A stretch of 56,307 nt of DNA, filler included, from Sphacelaria rigidula (Eukaryota): the NCBI GenBank assembly GCA_964200075.2. It is 5 parts of 5 records of this genome, joined end to end, with 100 filler letters (N's around TTAATTAATTAA, not from the genome) between each part and the next. Parts side by side here need not be neighbours in the genome. Positions count along the whole stretch, not along the records: positions 33,849 to 45,028 come from CAXNAA020005278.1; positions 45,129 to 56,307 come from CAXNAA020005279.1; 3 more parts are not named here. One strand, 5' to 3'. Shown piece by piece: positions 39,296 to 51,500 of the stretch. How positions within the stretch are numbered: position 1 is the first letter of the stretch; the number at the start of each line of letters is the position of its first letter. The notes under the pieces are model-generated. The model was not told the origin of the DNA, did not search any database, and worked only from the letters and a program-made list of their open reading frames with translations. The translations under genes were made by a program, and so were the position numbers.

Positions 39296-39823
39296 TAGGG
39301 TACGTGCCCTGGGGTACACTGGATTTTCAGGGGTTTTGAAGCACCCTGCACTCCACGTTACGTGGGGAATTGATGACCGGGAATACCGAGCACTCCACTT
39401 GACGTAATTTCTCAGTGTTCCAAGGTTCGCGAGGTGCGTCGGGTACCCACCCCCCGAAACACCCGGTCTGGTACCAGTGGTGGTACTGAGTGAAAGTGCG
39501 TGGTAAATACGGAAATTAGGGTACCGTCGGCCGAAAGTACTACTAAGGGTATCTCGGATACCCGCTCTCAAAAATACTTGGTGATACCAGAAGTGACTAT
39601 TGCAGTGTTGCACCTTGGGTACACGTCTCGACGATGCTTACGTGGTACCCGGTGTACTGATTACCGGTACTGACTACACAGGGCACCCATGCGGCTACCG
39701 ACTGCCTGAAGCCCCAGCACTATCTCGGGGTGCCTCGGATACCCGCTGCCGAAACACTCATTGTTACGAAGAGTTTTGAATCTAGATACGAAGTACACGT
39801 TGGCTACCCAGGTCACCCACCTA
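39296..39823. mobile_element. Probable old non-autonomous TIR element rich in GGTACC/GGGTAC motifs
   Basis: Imperfect inverted ends TAGGGTACGTGCCCTGGGGTA and TACCCAGGTCACCCACCTA, with many short internal repeats. No TSD found. Confidence 0.45.
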
Positions 39824-42621
39824 CCGACTATCGCAAATTGAGGACATTGTAGGTGCCCGAGGTTTTGACAGCCCATACACGCACTTTTCCACAGTGCCCA
39901 GGGTCCCGATATCGCCAAAACCTCTACGCTCCACCCTATCCTACTCGAAGCACCTTCAATTTCGTGAGAAAAAACGGAACAGCCAAAACCTTTGCGGTAC
40001 GTAAGTGTGTCTCCGCCAATCTTCCTCTTTTTTCGTCGCCCTTTCACACCCCCCCCCTTCCAGGGCACGAGTCCGTGCTGTCGAGGGACCACCAACCAAT
40101 CTCTCCCACGGTGCGCACCTTGTAACTTGATTTCAAGAATCCCATCAGCACCCCCGCACCGCGTCGACGCCCGTCAAACAAACTCGATTTGCGCCTCTAC
40201 TACGCACGGTCGCGTTTCCAACGACAGAGATTAGATACTGCTTCGGAAAAAAAAAAACACAAATCTATCTGCCGGGAATCGAACTCGAATTTTGTCGACC
40301 AAATACTGTAGTGTCAGTTTCAACACCATGGACCCACTTGTGTGGGCGGGTCAGGGCACAAAATGGTTGAAAATGGTCTTCTGTATCTGCCACGCTTAGT
40401 TTGCGCCCTGAGGGTTGTGTCACTGAGGGCAAAGATGTCGACAAAGCTGACATTAGTCACTCACCAATGCCGACCAGCTACATAAATGAGGGCGCAATAT
40501 ACAGTGCACAGCTGGTAATTGCATGCGTAAAAAAAGGTGAGAGCTCCATTGTATAAAAACGAAAAAAAAACGAAGGGATGGATTATGGAGCAGAACTCGG
40601 CGCATTGCATCAAACACCTCATCGGGTGAGTGAGTCCGCACGTATGCGTGGTCGCCACTTACGGCATCATGACAACCTAGCTTGCGCAGGTCTGGAGAAT
40701 TATATTCCCTCATAAGACGATTGCCGGCATGCGGTAAAATATAAACAGCACAACCTAGATACTGCAATACTGGTTGTCAGGAACGATGCTGAGACGTGTC
40801 CTATACCTAATCCCCCCCCCTCCGTCCCCCCACCCCGGCTGACACCATCACGAGAGTCGGAATAGAAACGTTCACTGTCGTCTTCCACAAGCGACGTACA
40901 ACTTCAGCAGCACTAACTCCCCGTGTGAAACATTCCGTTACACTGTATTTTTGTCATTTGTCATGTCACTCAAAATTCGAATTTCCGTCGGATCTTCGGT
41001 CACTACACAGCGTTGTCTTGTACTCATCATGAAAGCTATTACGAGTATTATAGTTGCAATACCACGGCACGCTCGGGCTGCCTGTGTCTGTGCAACTTAT
41101 ACCGCGTCACTTGTATTGTTCTCGAACCAAAAATAAACGTGAGAAGCCTACTATTATTATTATTATTATATAAATTTCTACTCCCTGTTTTCAAGCATAG
41201 CCTCCCCCCATCTCTTCCCCGACTCCCGTCGTGCACCGTCGCTTTTCGGCACAAGCCTATTAGACCGCCTAAAAATAATAAAACGGCCATCATCTATCTC
41301 GGAGGAGAATATATGGTAGTCCATCCGCCCGTCACGCCAAGAGCACTACACGCGGGAGCGTTGGTAATATCAAGAAGACGAGCAAACCGCTGCAAGAGGC
41401 CACACAAATTACCAACAGCCGGTGCTACAACCGCCACTGATGACACCGTTTTTTGCGGCGCATAAAAGAGGACAACAAATATGTGCACAAGGGTAGGTTC
41501 AGATGATGCTGCTGCGCGGGGGAGGGGGGGCAGGGGGGACACTAAGCGGAAGGCGGGATGGGGGATTTTTGTCATCACCCATAGTTGTTGCAAGGCTGAC
41601 ATCACCGGTCATCGATCACAACCCGCCTTTGCCGAAGGAGATCGGGCGCTCTATTTTTTTCGCGGCGATTGTCGCCGTGGGAAAATCATTAGCGATTTTC
41701 ATTGTTGCGGGCAAACGGACCTCTTTTCTCATCAAATCCACCCCACCCACGAGCAGGCAGACAACCACTCAGCCCCAACCCCGGGACACTAGTTCTGGAA
41801 AACACAGCGAGAATAGTAACACCGGGATCATTAGTGGCGAAACGAGAATATCTTCCAAAGACCTCGGACGGACGGTTTACTGTAGTCGATGCCGGGGGAG
41901 ACTCTTGGCCTGCACTACGGTACAACACAGTACATACAGTACAGTGCAGCTTCTCGTTGAGGAAAGAAAAAAGAAGGACGACAAGAATTAACATGCACCA
42001 TCAAGTACAGGGAGGCGGGTGGGGGGCGTACTCATTTGTTGCTTGCCGTAGCTATTTGACCATTGACTACGAGGCGCACACTTCCTACTCCAAATCCTAA
42101 TAGAGACAACATTTGGGGAGCGAGGGGCGGAGTTTTTCACACTCTAGACAAAATATTACATCGTCAAAAAGTGTACTGCGTACAGCATGAACTCTGTTGT
42201 CCAGGGTGTGGAGGTTTCCAGTGCTCGTGTAAAGCATGATTTTGAACAAACACAACTGCAACGGTCTACAAAACAGACTGCCCCCCCGCCCCCCCACAAA
42301 ACACCTGTTATTAATCCTCATCACGCGCAACGCGTTGAAAAATCCTCACCGCAATCACCCCTCAATGCGAGTACACGCAAAAAGCCTGCTTCCCCCCCCC
42401 CGCCCCCCCGGGAGGCTGTCATCCAAATGCAAGATAAGCAGTACGCTGCGGGCCGAACAATCTTCGCAGGATGCAGCTCACCCTTCATGTGACTCGCCGA
42501 ACACATCACGGCGCTTCGCGCTTGATGATTGATTGCGGGCCTGATCCAGCGAAAACCTGGCGTGACCACCCCAGTCTGACGGAATGATTGCCCAAGGAAT
42601 TGCGATCTATTAACATGATTG

Positions 42622-42795
42622 TTAGTACAAGCCGTGTCCGCGAGCCTTGCGCTTTTGGACTTGCTCGTTCTTGTAGTCGTCGAATGTCCCGGGGTACTTG
42701 AGAACCGCACCGCTACCCACCACCCACAGCTCGCTGCAGACCTGGTTGATGAAGTGCTGGTCGTGTGATACCACCATCACTCCTCCCTTGAAAGC
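42622..42795 (-). CDS. Terminal exon of an ABC-F (GCN20/ABCF-like) ATPase gene; upstream exons lie outside the contig
   Basis: After a CGCAG acceptor: AFKGGVMVVSHDQHFINQVCSELWVVGSGAVLKYPGTFDDYKNEQVQKRKARGHGLY*. This has the ABC-F H-loop (VVSHD..F...VC.ELW) and 'G.FDDYK' tail. Absent from the supplied ORF track. Confidence 0.92.
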   Translation of the reverse strand, partial: AFKGGVMVVSHDQHFINQVCSELWVVGSGAVLKYPGTFDDYKNEQVQKRKARGHGLY

Positions 42796-42988
42796 CTGCG
42801 ATACATGACGCGGGCATCATCGGAATATCAAACCACTGCAGTAGCATGTATGTGAAAGAGTGCATTCCTGCCATTCCTAGGGTTCCGCCACCTCCTCGAT
42901 GCCCCCTTTTTTTTTCCCACCCCCAGGCTGCGTCCTAGCCGACCTAGTGATCTCGACAAGAGGCAAGCTCTCCTCTACAGCAACACTC

Positions 42989-42993
<5 letters not shown>

Positions 42994-43062
<69 letters not shown>
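42994..43062. repeat. (GT)n microsatellite in the ABC-F intron
   Basis: Pure GT run. Confidence 0.98.
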
Positions 43063-43065
<3 letters not shown>

Positions 43066-43581
43066 CTCGACACTATTCCACATGCACGAGCTTTCAAGAC
43101 TCAGAACAACCAGAGCACGGACATAGCTTCCCCGGAAGTAGTCAGTATTCCGTGGGAGCCTGGTGCTATTTTTCTGTAAAAATACGAGCAAGAAAAGTTA
43201 TTACTTCGAATCAAGTCTGAAATCAAAGGTTCTCGACCCTTGGATTGCACTCCACTTCCGGAGGTGTGTCTACCACCTGGTCGGTCGAATCTTGTAAGAA
43301 ATTTCTCGTAAATTTATTATTCGAAAAAACGCTAACGCTAACGCTAACGCTAACGCTAACCTCAACCCAAGACATACCGGGAATCCTCGGGCGAGTGGGA
43401 TGCAAAGTGTTTCCTGGGCAAAGTGTGGCGTTGGCAGACTTCAAATCGGCGCCGCACGACGCTAGGAGCACGTGCGGCTGTCAGCCCCACAAATGATCCG
43501 AATATCGCTATTTGCACTAAAAGAGCCTGGTAAAATCGCCAATTACTAAGAGATTATAGAACGACCCCCAGTACTGTAGTA

Positions 43582-43809
43582 CTTAGAGTTGGACCCCAAA
43601 AAATTGGTATGGACAATCAACAGGGCATAATGAAGAAAATTATGCGTGGACCCATTTTCTTTCTTACCATGATTTGACGGCATTTTACTGATACCTGAAA
43701 ACTGATTATTGCCTTCAACTCATAAAAAAAAACTATTCGAGTCCACGCGTAACTTTATTTTTAATGCTCTATTGATTGTCCAGACCAAAATTTAAGGTCC
43801 CACTCCAAG
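43582..43809. mobile_element. MITE with TA target duplication (Tc1/mariner-type)
   Basis: TA|CTTAGAGTTGGACC...TGGACAATCAA...GCGTGGAC is mirrored by GTCCACGC...TTGATTGTCCA...GGTCCCACTCCAAG|TA; ~70-bp imperfect TIRs. Confidence 0.75.
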
Positions 43810-45028
43810 TAGTAAATTGCGAATGGGTCGTGTACAAACCGGTTCGGCAAAATTTCTGCACAGTATTTTACAGGCCACTTACCGGCTCACGTTTGGTGTT
43901 TGTGTATTGAGATATTGTGTGGGACCTCGCTAAGGCATGATGAACCAAATAAGGTGGGTCAGGTTGTTTTATTTTGTTTTTTTTCCCTGGTTTAGAGTGT
44001 TTTAGTATGGTAACGACCACGTTTGTACAAGAACGCCCGAACCTCTCCCAAGAACAAAAATGAAGGCCCACTTTTGTTTTTAGCACACCTTATGCTCGCG
44101 TGCTGCCAGCCTTGGCTTATTTGCATCCTCCTCTCCTCATGGAGAGTCTGCTGCTGCATATTACAAATGAATGATTTTCGAATCGCTCACTGCTTTGAAT
44201 GGGATTTGAATGCCATCTAAAACTTTCAGCTCCTCAGTGTGAGGGGTCACAGTTTCTACAATTTTCTACATTTTTGAAGAAATAAAAAGCCAAATAACAC
44301 ACTTTACTCGTCTCCGGCGACGCTCCCGCAGGGCCCCCTCACCAGCTGGGGGGGGGGGGGCGTTTGCGGCTCGTCGATTAACTGGGAAAACATCAATGTA
44401 CTGGCCGCTGGCGCGGCCATTTTAAACTCAACTGGCCAGAGCAGCCAGTTCACAGCCCCACCATTCTAATATACACACATATACGTGGATACATTTTTTT
44501 TTAATCCACATCTAAAAAATATCCGAGGACATGCTAGAAAACTGCTGCATTACACAGAATATATAGAACAATAGACAACACCTTGTAAAGACCAGCTGAA
44601 AAGCCGAAAAGCCGAAGGAAAGAAGACGAAAAGAAGGGGGAGGGGGGAGGGGGGGTTCATGATCTTTCATGCCATACAATCGTCATATGACCATTGATTT
44701 CGCATCCCCACCAACCCGGGACGGAGCACGCCAGTTTTTCGCCGGACCAGGCTCGCAATCAATAACCAGTCATCAAGCGCGAAGCGCCGTGGTGTGTTCA
44801 GCGAGTCGCATGAAGGGTAAGCTGCATCCTGCTAAGATTGTTCAGCCCAAAGCCTACTGATTATCTTGCAGTTGGATAATAGCCTCCAACGAGTTGCCTC
44901 ATTTTCTGGCATACTCATTTGTTGCTTGCCTTAGTCGTTTGACCATTGAAAGGGGGGGGGGGGGGGGGAGGGGGGGGGGGGGGGGGGGGAAAGGAGGGAG
45001 GTTGGGGTGGGGGGGGTTCGTCGGAAAA

Positions 45029-45128
45029 NNNNNNNNNNNNNNNNNNNNNNNNNNNNNNNNNNNNNNNNNNNNTTAATTAATTAANNNNNNNNNNNNNNNN
45101 NNNNNNNNNNNNNNNNNNNNNNNNNNNN
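45029..45128. other. Artificial contig linker
   Basis: N44-TTAATTAATTAA-N44. Confidence 0.98.
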
Positions 45129-46091
45129 ATGCATGCAGATCTGGGTTCCAACCTGTACAAAACTGCTTGTGGATAGGACCCGGGGCTGGTCGTTATGGGG
45201 CCAATCCCCTGTCAAAAGGGGATTGTGAAAAGTGAAGTATCCCCTTCGTTAAGACAGGCCCTAACACCCTCCTGATGAACGGGGTATTTACTCGTTTCGC
45301 CCGATAATACCAGCTAGCACTGACTTGGGCACTGTGTTTTTAGGATGATCTGTTCATTGTACCAAAATCTACCGATGTTGGCAATTTCGAGTTCTATCGA
45401 AGAGTAGTACGCAAGGAAAACCCGCAAGCCCCGTTGAATAGTTGAACTGCCCACTACTGTTTGAAAAAAAACGCTTAGTTTAGCGGTCATAAAGGAGTTG
45501 AACAATTGGTGGGGGACAACGAAACTGGTGGGTGACTAGCGAGTAGAGTTCAAAATGCACGGAGAAGCTTCCAGCGTCAAGCAAGGTGTTGCTTGAAAAG
45601 TTTTCTCACAGGGCTTTCGTAGGCCGGCACTATGTGCTGCTTGCCTTTGGGTGTGTTGTGCCTAGGTGATGCTTGAATAGGGCACCGATCTCGCGAGGTG
45701 AAGACGGACGACTGACGACAGTGAGGGAAGCACGCCCACATTACTTTATATAGTATGACGAACCCCAACCCCCTTACACCAACGACACCACTTACTGGCA
45801 TTCAGCAGGGAGCAGTACAGAAGGACAAGCCCACGTTCTCGCTGACATAAATCATTTTTGCCGCTCCAAAGATGATGGATAATCTGCCTTTGCAAGGCAA
45901 ATGGTGTGGTGACTTTCAGGCGTTGGCATTCTCTTCCGCTGATTGCTCTCGTGCGTTTCTCCCCTCGTTCGTCGGGGTGCGGAGAGGGAAAATCGAACGT
46001 GGGTCCAGGTAGTGTTTGTCTATCGCTCACGTTGTCACGTGCTAGGCTAAATTCACCTGTCCCCGTGTCCCTGGCCCGTCACTCCGATCAG

Positions 46092-46878
46092 GTCCAATAG
46101 GCCAGCCGAAACCAACAAGATTTTCGTGGGCGGATTGGCGCCGACCGTGATGATGGCCGAGTTTAGGAAGTACTTCGAGTCTTTTGGCGGGGTGGTGGAT
46201 GCCGTCGTGATGTTCGATCGCCAGACGCAGAGGTCGCGCGGCTTCGGCTTCGTGACTTTCCAGGAGGATTCCGTGGTGCACGAGATCATGATGGGCTCGC
46301 ACGAGATCAACGGGAAAATGGTGGAAGTGAAACGCGCGGAGCCGAAAGAAAACCGTAGCGGCAGAACCCAGCGCACTGACTTCTCGGGTGCGCCCTCAAC
46401 TGCTCTGGGAGGCGGGGGGTCGGCACCGTTCGCTGATCCCCGTCGACCTCAGCAGTTCGTCACCGGGCGCGGGACTGGGCCTGCCTTTGGGGCGACAGGA
46501 CCGATTGGATACAACAACAGCGCCCCCTTCAACGCAGCAAGTGCCACTAACTTCGGCCAGGCGGCGTACTCGTACCCAAGTTATGGGTACAACGGGCAGC
46601 TCAATTATGCCCCTGCCACGTATGCCTACACCGGGCGAGGGGCCGGCGTGGCCTACAATGCAGAAGGCGGGAATGCGGCGGGGTCCTTCCCTGTTCCTCT
46701 ACCGCAAGCAGGCTACGGACTTCCGGCGCAAGATGGTAGCCAGACACCGTACACGCAGGTGGAGTACACTACTGCCTTGCGCAACCAGCAGCAGGCTCAG
46801 GTTCAGGCGCAGCAGCAGGCACAAGTACAACATGCAGGGCGGGCCGGGGAGGGAGCGTATGGCAACCAGCCGTACTAA
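46092..46878 (+). CDS. Last exon of an hnRNP-A/Musashi/DAZAP1-like RRM protein
   Basis: After a CAG acceptor: NKIFVGGL (RNP2), RSRGFGFVTF (RNP1), HEINGKMVEVKRAEPKE, then a G/Y/N/Q-rich low-complexity tail ending NQPY*. Confidence 0.92.
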
Positions 46879-48595
46879 AAAAACAAGAGAATGCTCATGT
46901 AACCCACCTGGTTCCATGGCGAAGAGGTCGGGCACGTGTAGCTGTAGGTAGAAAGAACGACAGACCGGAGTGGGTGGGGCGGGCGTTTTATTGGTGATTG
47001 GGGAGGAGCAGCGGCGGCAAAAGTAGAAGATGGCATACAGTCCAGTATAGTAGTGCGAGTACGAGTGCGAGCCGACGAGACGCGAAATTCTTGGTACATA
47101 TTTCGCGGGCTGCTTACAGTGTAACATGCGATCTCCACGCTTTCTTTCGCCACCTTGTGACATGCAGCGCGCTCTTTGTTTTAGGCCTGTGGGCGCTGTG
47201 TCGATTATCGGGTGTGCCGTGTGAAGTTTGAAGTTTTGTAGAAGTGGTGAAGTTGTTGTTGGGGGTTGCGTTGAACGTTGAAAATTGATCAATACGTATG
47301 AATGTTGCGTACGGTCAAGGGTGTACATGTATGCTTTCGGTGGCGGGTTTTAACCTTTTGTAGACGTACCAGGTGTAGCCCATCAAACGGAAAAGACATC
47401 GCACGTAGGCAGCTTGCGTTGCACAGGTGTGCGTGCGTGACGGCAGGGGGGGGGAAAAGCGCCTTGGTGCAATTTCGCCCGCCTGATGAAGTTGGCTTTG
47501 ACGCACAACATTTCGTCTGCATTGAGTGCATATGTTCAGTCAGTTGTTTTTCTCGTTTCGTTGAAGTGATCGAATGTGTCCTACAGTACAGCATGGTCAA
47601 GTTGTGAGTAGTTTGGAAGCACGTGCAGTACTGCCGGCCACGGCACACACCGCAGGCTGGTGCTGTTGTCCAGATGTCCGTTCTTCAATGTTCTAGTTTT
47701 TTTCGTGAGTCGTAATGGCCTTTTACTCTCCGTATTACCTGGTGAAGTCAGGGGTCAGACAAGGTAATGTGCCCTTCAGTGACTCCGGTGAAGGTGTAAC
47801 TTGATGGGATGGTGGGTACAACGTGGTTGTCATGTGTGTGTTGAAGACTGTGGGCGGACAGGAGCAGCATGTCCGGCCTGGTTGCCCTGTCGTCTTCGTT
47901 TTACTGCAGCAGTTGTCACGTACCAACCACCAGTGTGTCGAAGCCATATTAAGTACCCGGCAGCAGCACCGCAATAAATGTAGCTCTTTTCTTCGTTGTT
48001 GAAACGCCGTTATATATATATATATATATATTTCGAAAGAGAGTTCTCCATCCATTCATTTGCGTCCATGAGTAGAGACAGGAGAATAAAGTGGCACGTA
48101 GCGTTCTAACTGGCCGAAGCTAATAGACGGAGAATATAATTAGCTGATATCCTTCGGTCGATGACCGGAGTCGTCCATGTCCATATCCCTTTGGAGCGGG
48201 AGAACACTTTGGACATGGATGACGACACGCGACGAATTGTAAGTCAGGATTCGCCGTCGCGCGACTGTTTTATGATCTTCGGTCATGATCTGCGTCCAGT
48301 GCGTCGCGCACAGTGTAGCAGCTGTACACTGTACTGTGCACATCCTTGTCAACCTCAAGACTCGGGACCTTGTAGGGAATTTCTTGAGCACCAGAAATCT
48401 TGTGTACAGAATGTAAAACATCAAGGGGAAATCGAATTTTATTTATATGCACATGCACCTTCTGCGTGATACTTCGGATACTCCGGTACCATTGCTCAAC
48501 ATACATGCAACGGACGTTTTTGGGAACGCTACACCAAAGGTTCACAACCATACCCTGGTCTTTCTCTTTCGCTATCGATTTTCATGAACGCACTG

Positions 48596-51500
48596 TCATC
48601 GAAGAGCCGCGGCAACCTCTCCAAATCTTTGTGCCAACTCCTCGTGAAACTCCCCGTTTCCCTCTTCCGACTCGCTCAAGCTAGAATGGCGGCATTGATG
48701 TCCCACGTTGTTCAGACGCTGCTTCATACCAAGATCCGCAAACTGGTCACCGCAAGACGACGCCAACGACACAACGACCTCGAGCGATTTCTCCAGCGCC
48801 ACAGGCGAAGACGCCTCTCGGAGTGCTTCGTCTGCTCGGCCGCACCACAGGCCACCAGATGTGGGCGTGGATCCGACGGGCATGGTTGCCAAAACAGCAG
48901 CCGGCGACCCTCTGGCACCTTCTTGCAGCAAGTCCGACAGCAGTATGAGTATCTTTATTCTCAAACGAGAATCTGATCCGGGTGCATCGTACATTGTCGA
49001 CAGTTTCACTTCCCCCCCTGATGACCCGAATTCAAGCTGCACCTCAGCGTTGTTACTCAGGCAAGCTGACAGCGCGTAGACCAACTTACTCCGCAGGGTC
49101 GATGTCTCCGCTAGGACGGCATTCTTGAGCAAGAGTAATAAAGCTGATTCGCTTTGTTCAGCTCCATCCTGCGAGAAAGTGGATAGCGATCGCAGTCAGA
49201 TGGGGCAAGGGACGTGCGAGTAGCGCAAGCGAACAAAGACGCTTAGTAAGTATATCCGTTGCAAGGTTTCCAGCGGGCGGAGGGGTGGTTTATGAGGGAG
49301 GGGATGGGCCCCTCTTCTCATCAAACGAGAAGCTTACATAACCAACCATACGTGTCTGGAACTTTTCGTCGGAAGGTGCAAAGCCAAGATGAAGCAGAAT
49401 CCGAAGGGAATGATCATTTTGATCATGCTGATTGGTGAATTTGGTCAGTTTGTTCCCCGTGAAGTCATATATGAAAAATTGGGCAACGACCAATGACCAC
49501 CCAACCACATAGAAACACAAGCAAGGGGACCTTGCTCAAAGGTACTTTGTGCGCCCTACCTGACCCCTCTTGTGCAACACTTCGATATATAGACAACGGG
49601 CAGTAGACAGCAGATCGTGTGCAGCGGCGCGGAGGGCGATAGGGTGCTGATTGTCCAATACTGATGTATATACCCGCTGATGAACTCTCACATACATGAT
49701 CCAGTACATCACTGCCACCACCGCCACCCCCAGTATAGTGAATGAGTAAGCCCAACAGTTGATATGATATGCCATGCCTGCAAGACCATACCTGCTGTAG
49801 GTGTGCCAGCACCATCTCGAAAATACCAGAGTGAAAGGTAAGTGGAAACCAAGTGGCATATATTCAGCCAGTATCATAGCAGTGCTCCAGTGGCTGTCAG
49901 CGTACGCCACTTGCAAATAAAGCATGAACGCATGTACCCCACGAGAACGGCTCAGGGGAGACACAAGTATAAGCTGTACATGCAACCGACTCGTGGCTCG
50001 AAACCGGTCAGGGGTTCCACAGCACTAATTTATGTACATGTGCTCAATATCCACGGGTCCATGTCAAAAGGCGTTCATGTCTTGTGAAAGAACAATCCTT
50101 CTGAACCTCAAACGTGCCATACGTGTTCTGAGGCGACCTGACCTAGAGGGGGCTTGCAGCCCAAGGGTTAGTACGCCATGGCTCGGCAATCGTGGTAATT
50201 TACAGAGAGTGATTGGGTCGATGAAAGACTCTTGGTCGTAAAAACGTTTTTTGTACTGCAGTAAGTTTTGGTTGTCTTGCCGGTATCGAAGGAGACGTGC
50301 GCCCATTTCAGAGCAGTAGTAGATGGAAGACACGCCCACTTCATGTTCCGCATGAGTAGGAAACAGGATGGCCCATCTTCCCTGGATTGTCTACATTCAA
50401 AATAACAAGGATTCACCCTCCGATTTACAGTTGCACGGAAAGCGCTACTCCGAGACAGCACTTAAATCTGCGCGGCAGCTGTGGGTTCTTCATGCGGGGG
50501 GTGTTGAAAATAGCCGGAATCATCGAGTAAAGCCGCCACTGAACGGACAACATAAATTTTAAACTCTGAATTCAGATGCAGAGCGCATCGTCAGGGGGCC
50601 ATGAAACAGTAGTCAGCACAACAAAAATAAACGTGACACTCGGTGTGTACCCGTCTAATTAGTCAAAAGAATAGCCAGGGTCTCCTCGACAGATGATTTA
50701 CTGCACAGGGATGCAGGGGTGTAGAAGAATAGGGCGCTCTTGGGGCACTTTCCTCTAGATGCGCTGATGTTCCGCTACCTTAGCTGCCTCCTTGCAACCT
50801 CTGCTGCAGCACAGTGGCAAACACACGGGTTACCAACAGCTGTGCCGAGGGCACATGTATCTGGACGACGCAGTTCAGGGAAGAAGCCCATGCCCACCGC
50901 CAGTGCAGGCATGGTGCGGTAGTACCACGCGTGTACAACAAACAGCACACAAGAGTGTGTAAGGGATACAACAGGTACCAATGGAACAACCACCAAAGAC
51001 CCCCTGGTGTGTGATGGTTGATCGCAACTGCATGGGGCATGCTGTGCGTTGTCCCGAATGAAAACACCTCCATCAAAATAGCGTGCTCGGCTTGTATCAC
51101 ACAATGAACTCCACACGCACAAGCACGACGCTCCAATGCGAAGCGTTGTTGCTAGGCAACTCGACACTTGACTGGTTAACGGATTAGGTTGGAACGCCGG
51201 CTTCGGCGCCATTTCGTCGAATGTGTCTGCTGATTTATCAGCTCTCATAACGTGCCACCGTTGCGTGATGCGATGTTCAGGAAGATGATTTCTTGCCTCA
51301 AGTGTCCCTGCATGGGCCTGTCCCCACTTATGAAAGTGCTCCATGTATTTCACGGAAAGCCGACATGAATACTGCCCCAAGTTTCGTGTTTTGCCATATT
51401 CCTCCAAGAAAAGCGCGTATTCACGCAAGGCACGGAAACCTGTCATCTGTAACGAAGACCATTGCCAAAAATTCGATCCGCTCTTCATTTCCTTGCAAAT

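Noticed and set aside
42622-46878. ABC-F exon and RRM exon as neighbouring, divergently truncated genes
   Set aside because: They are on different contigs separated by a linker.
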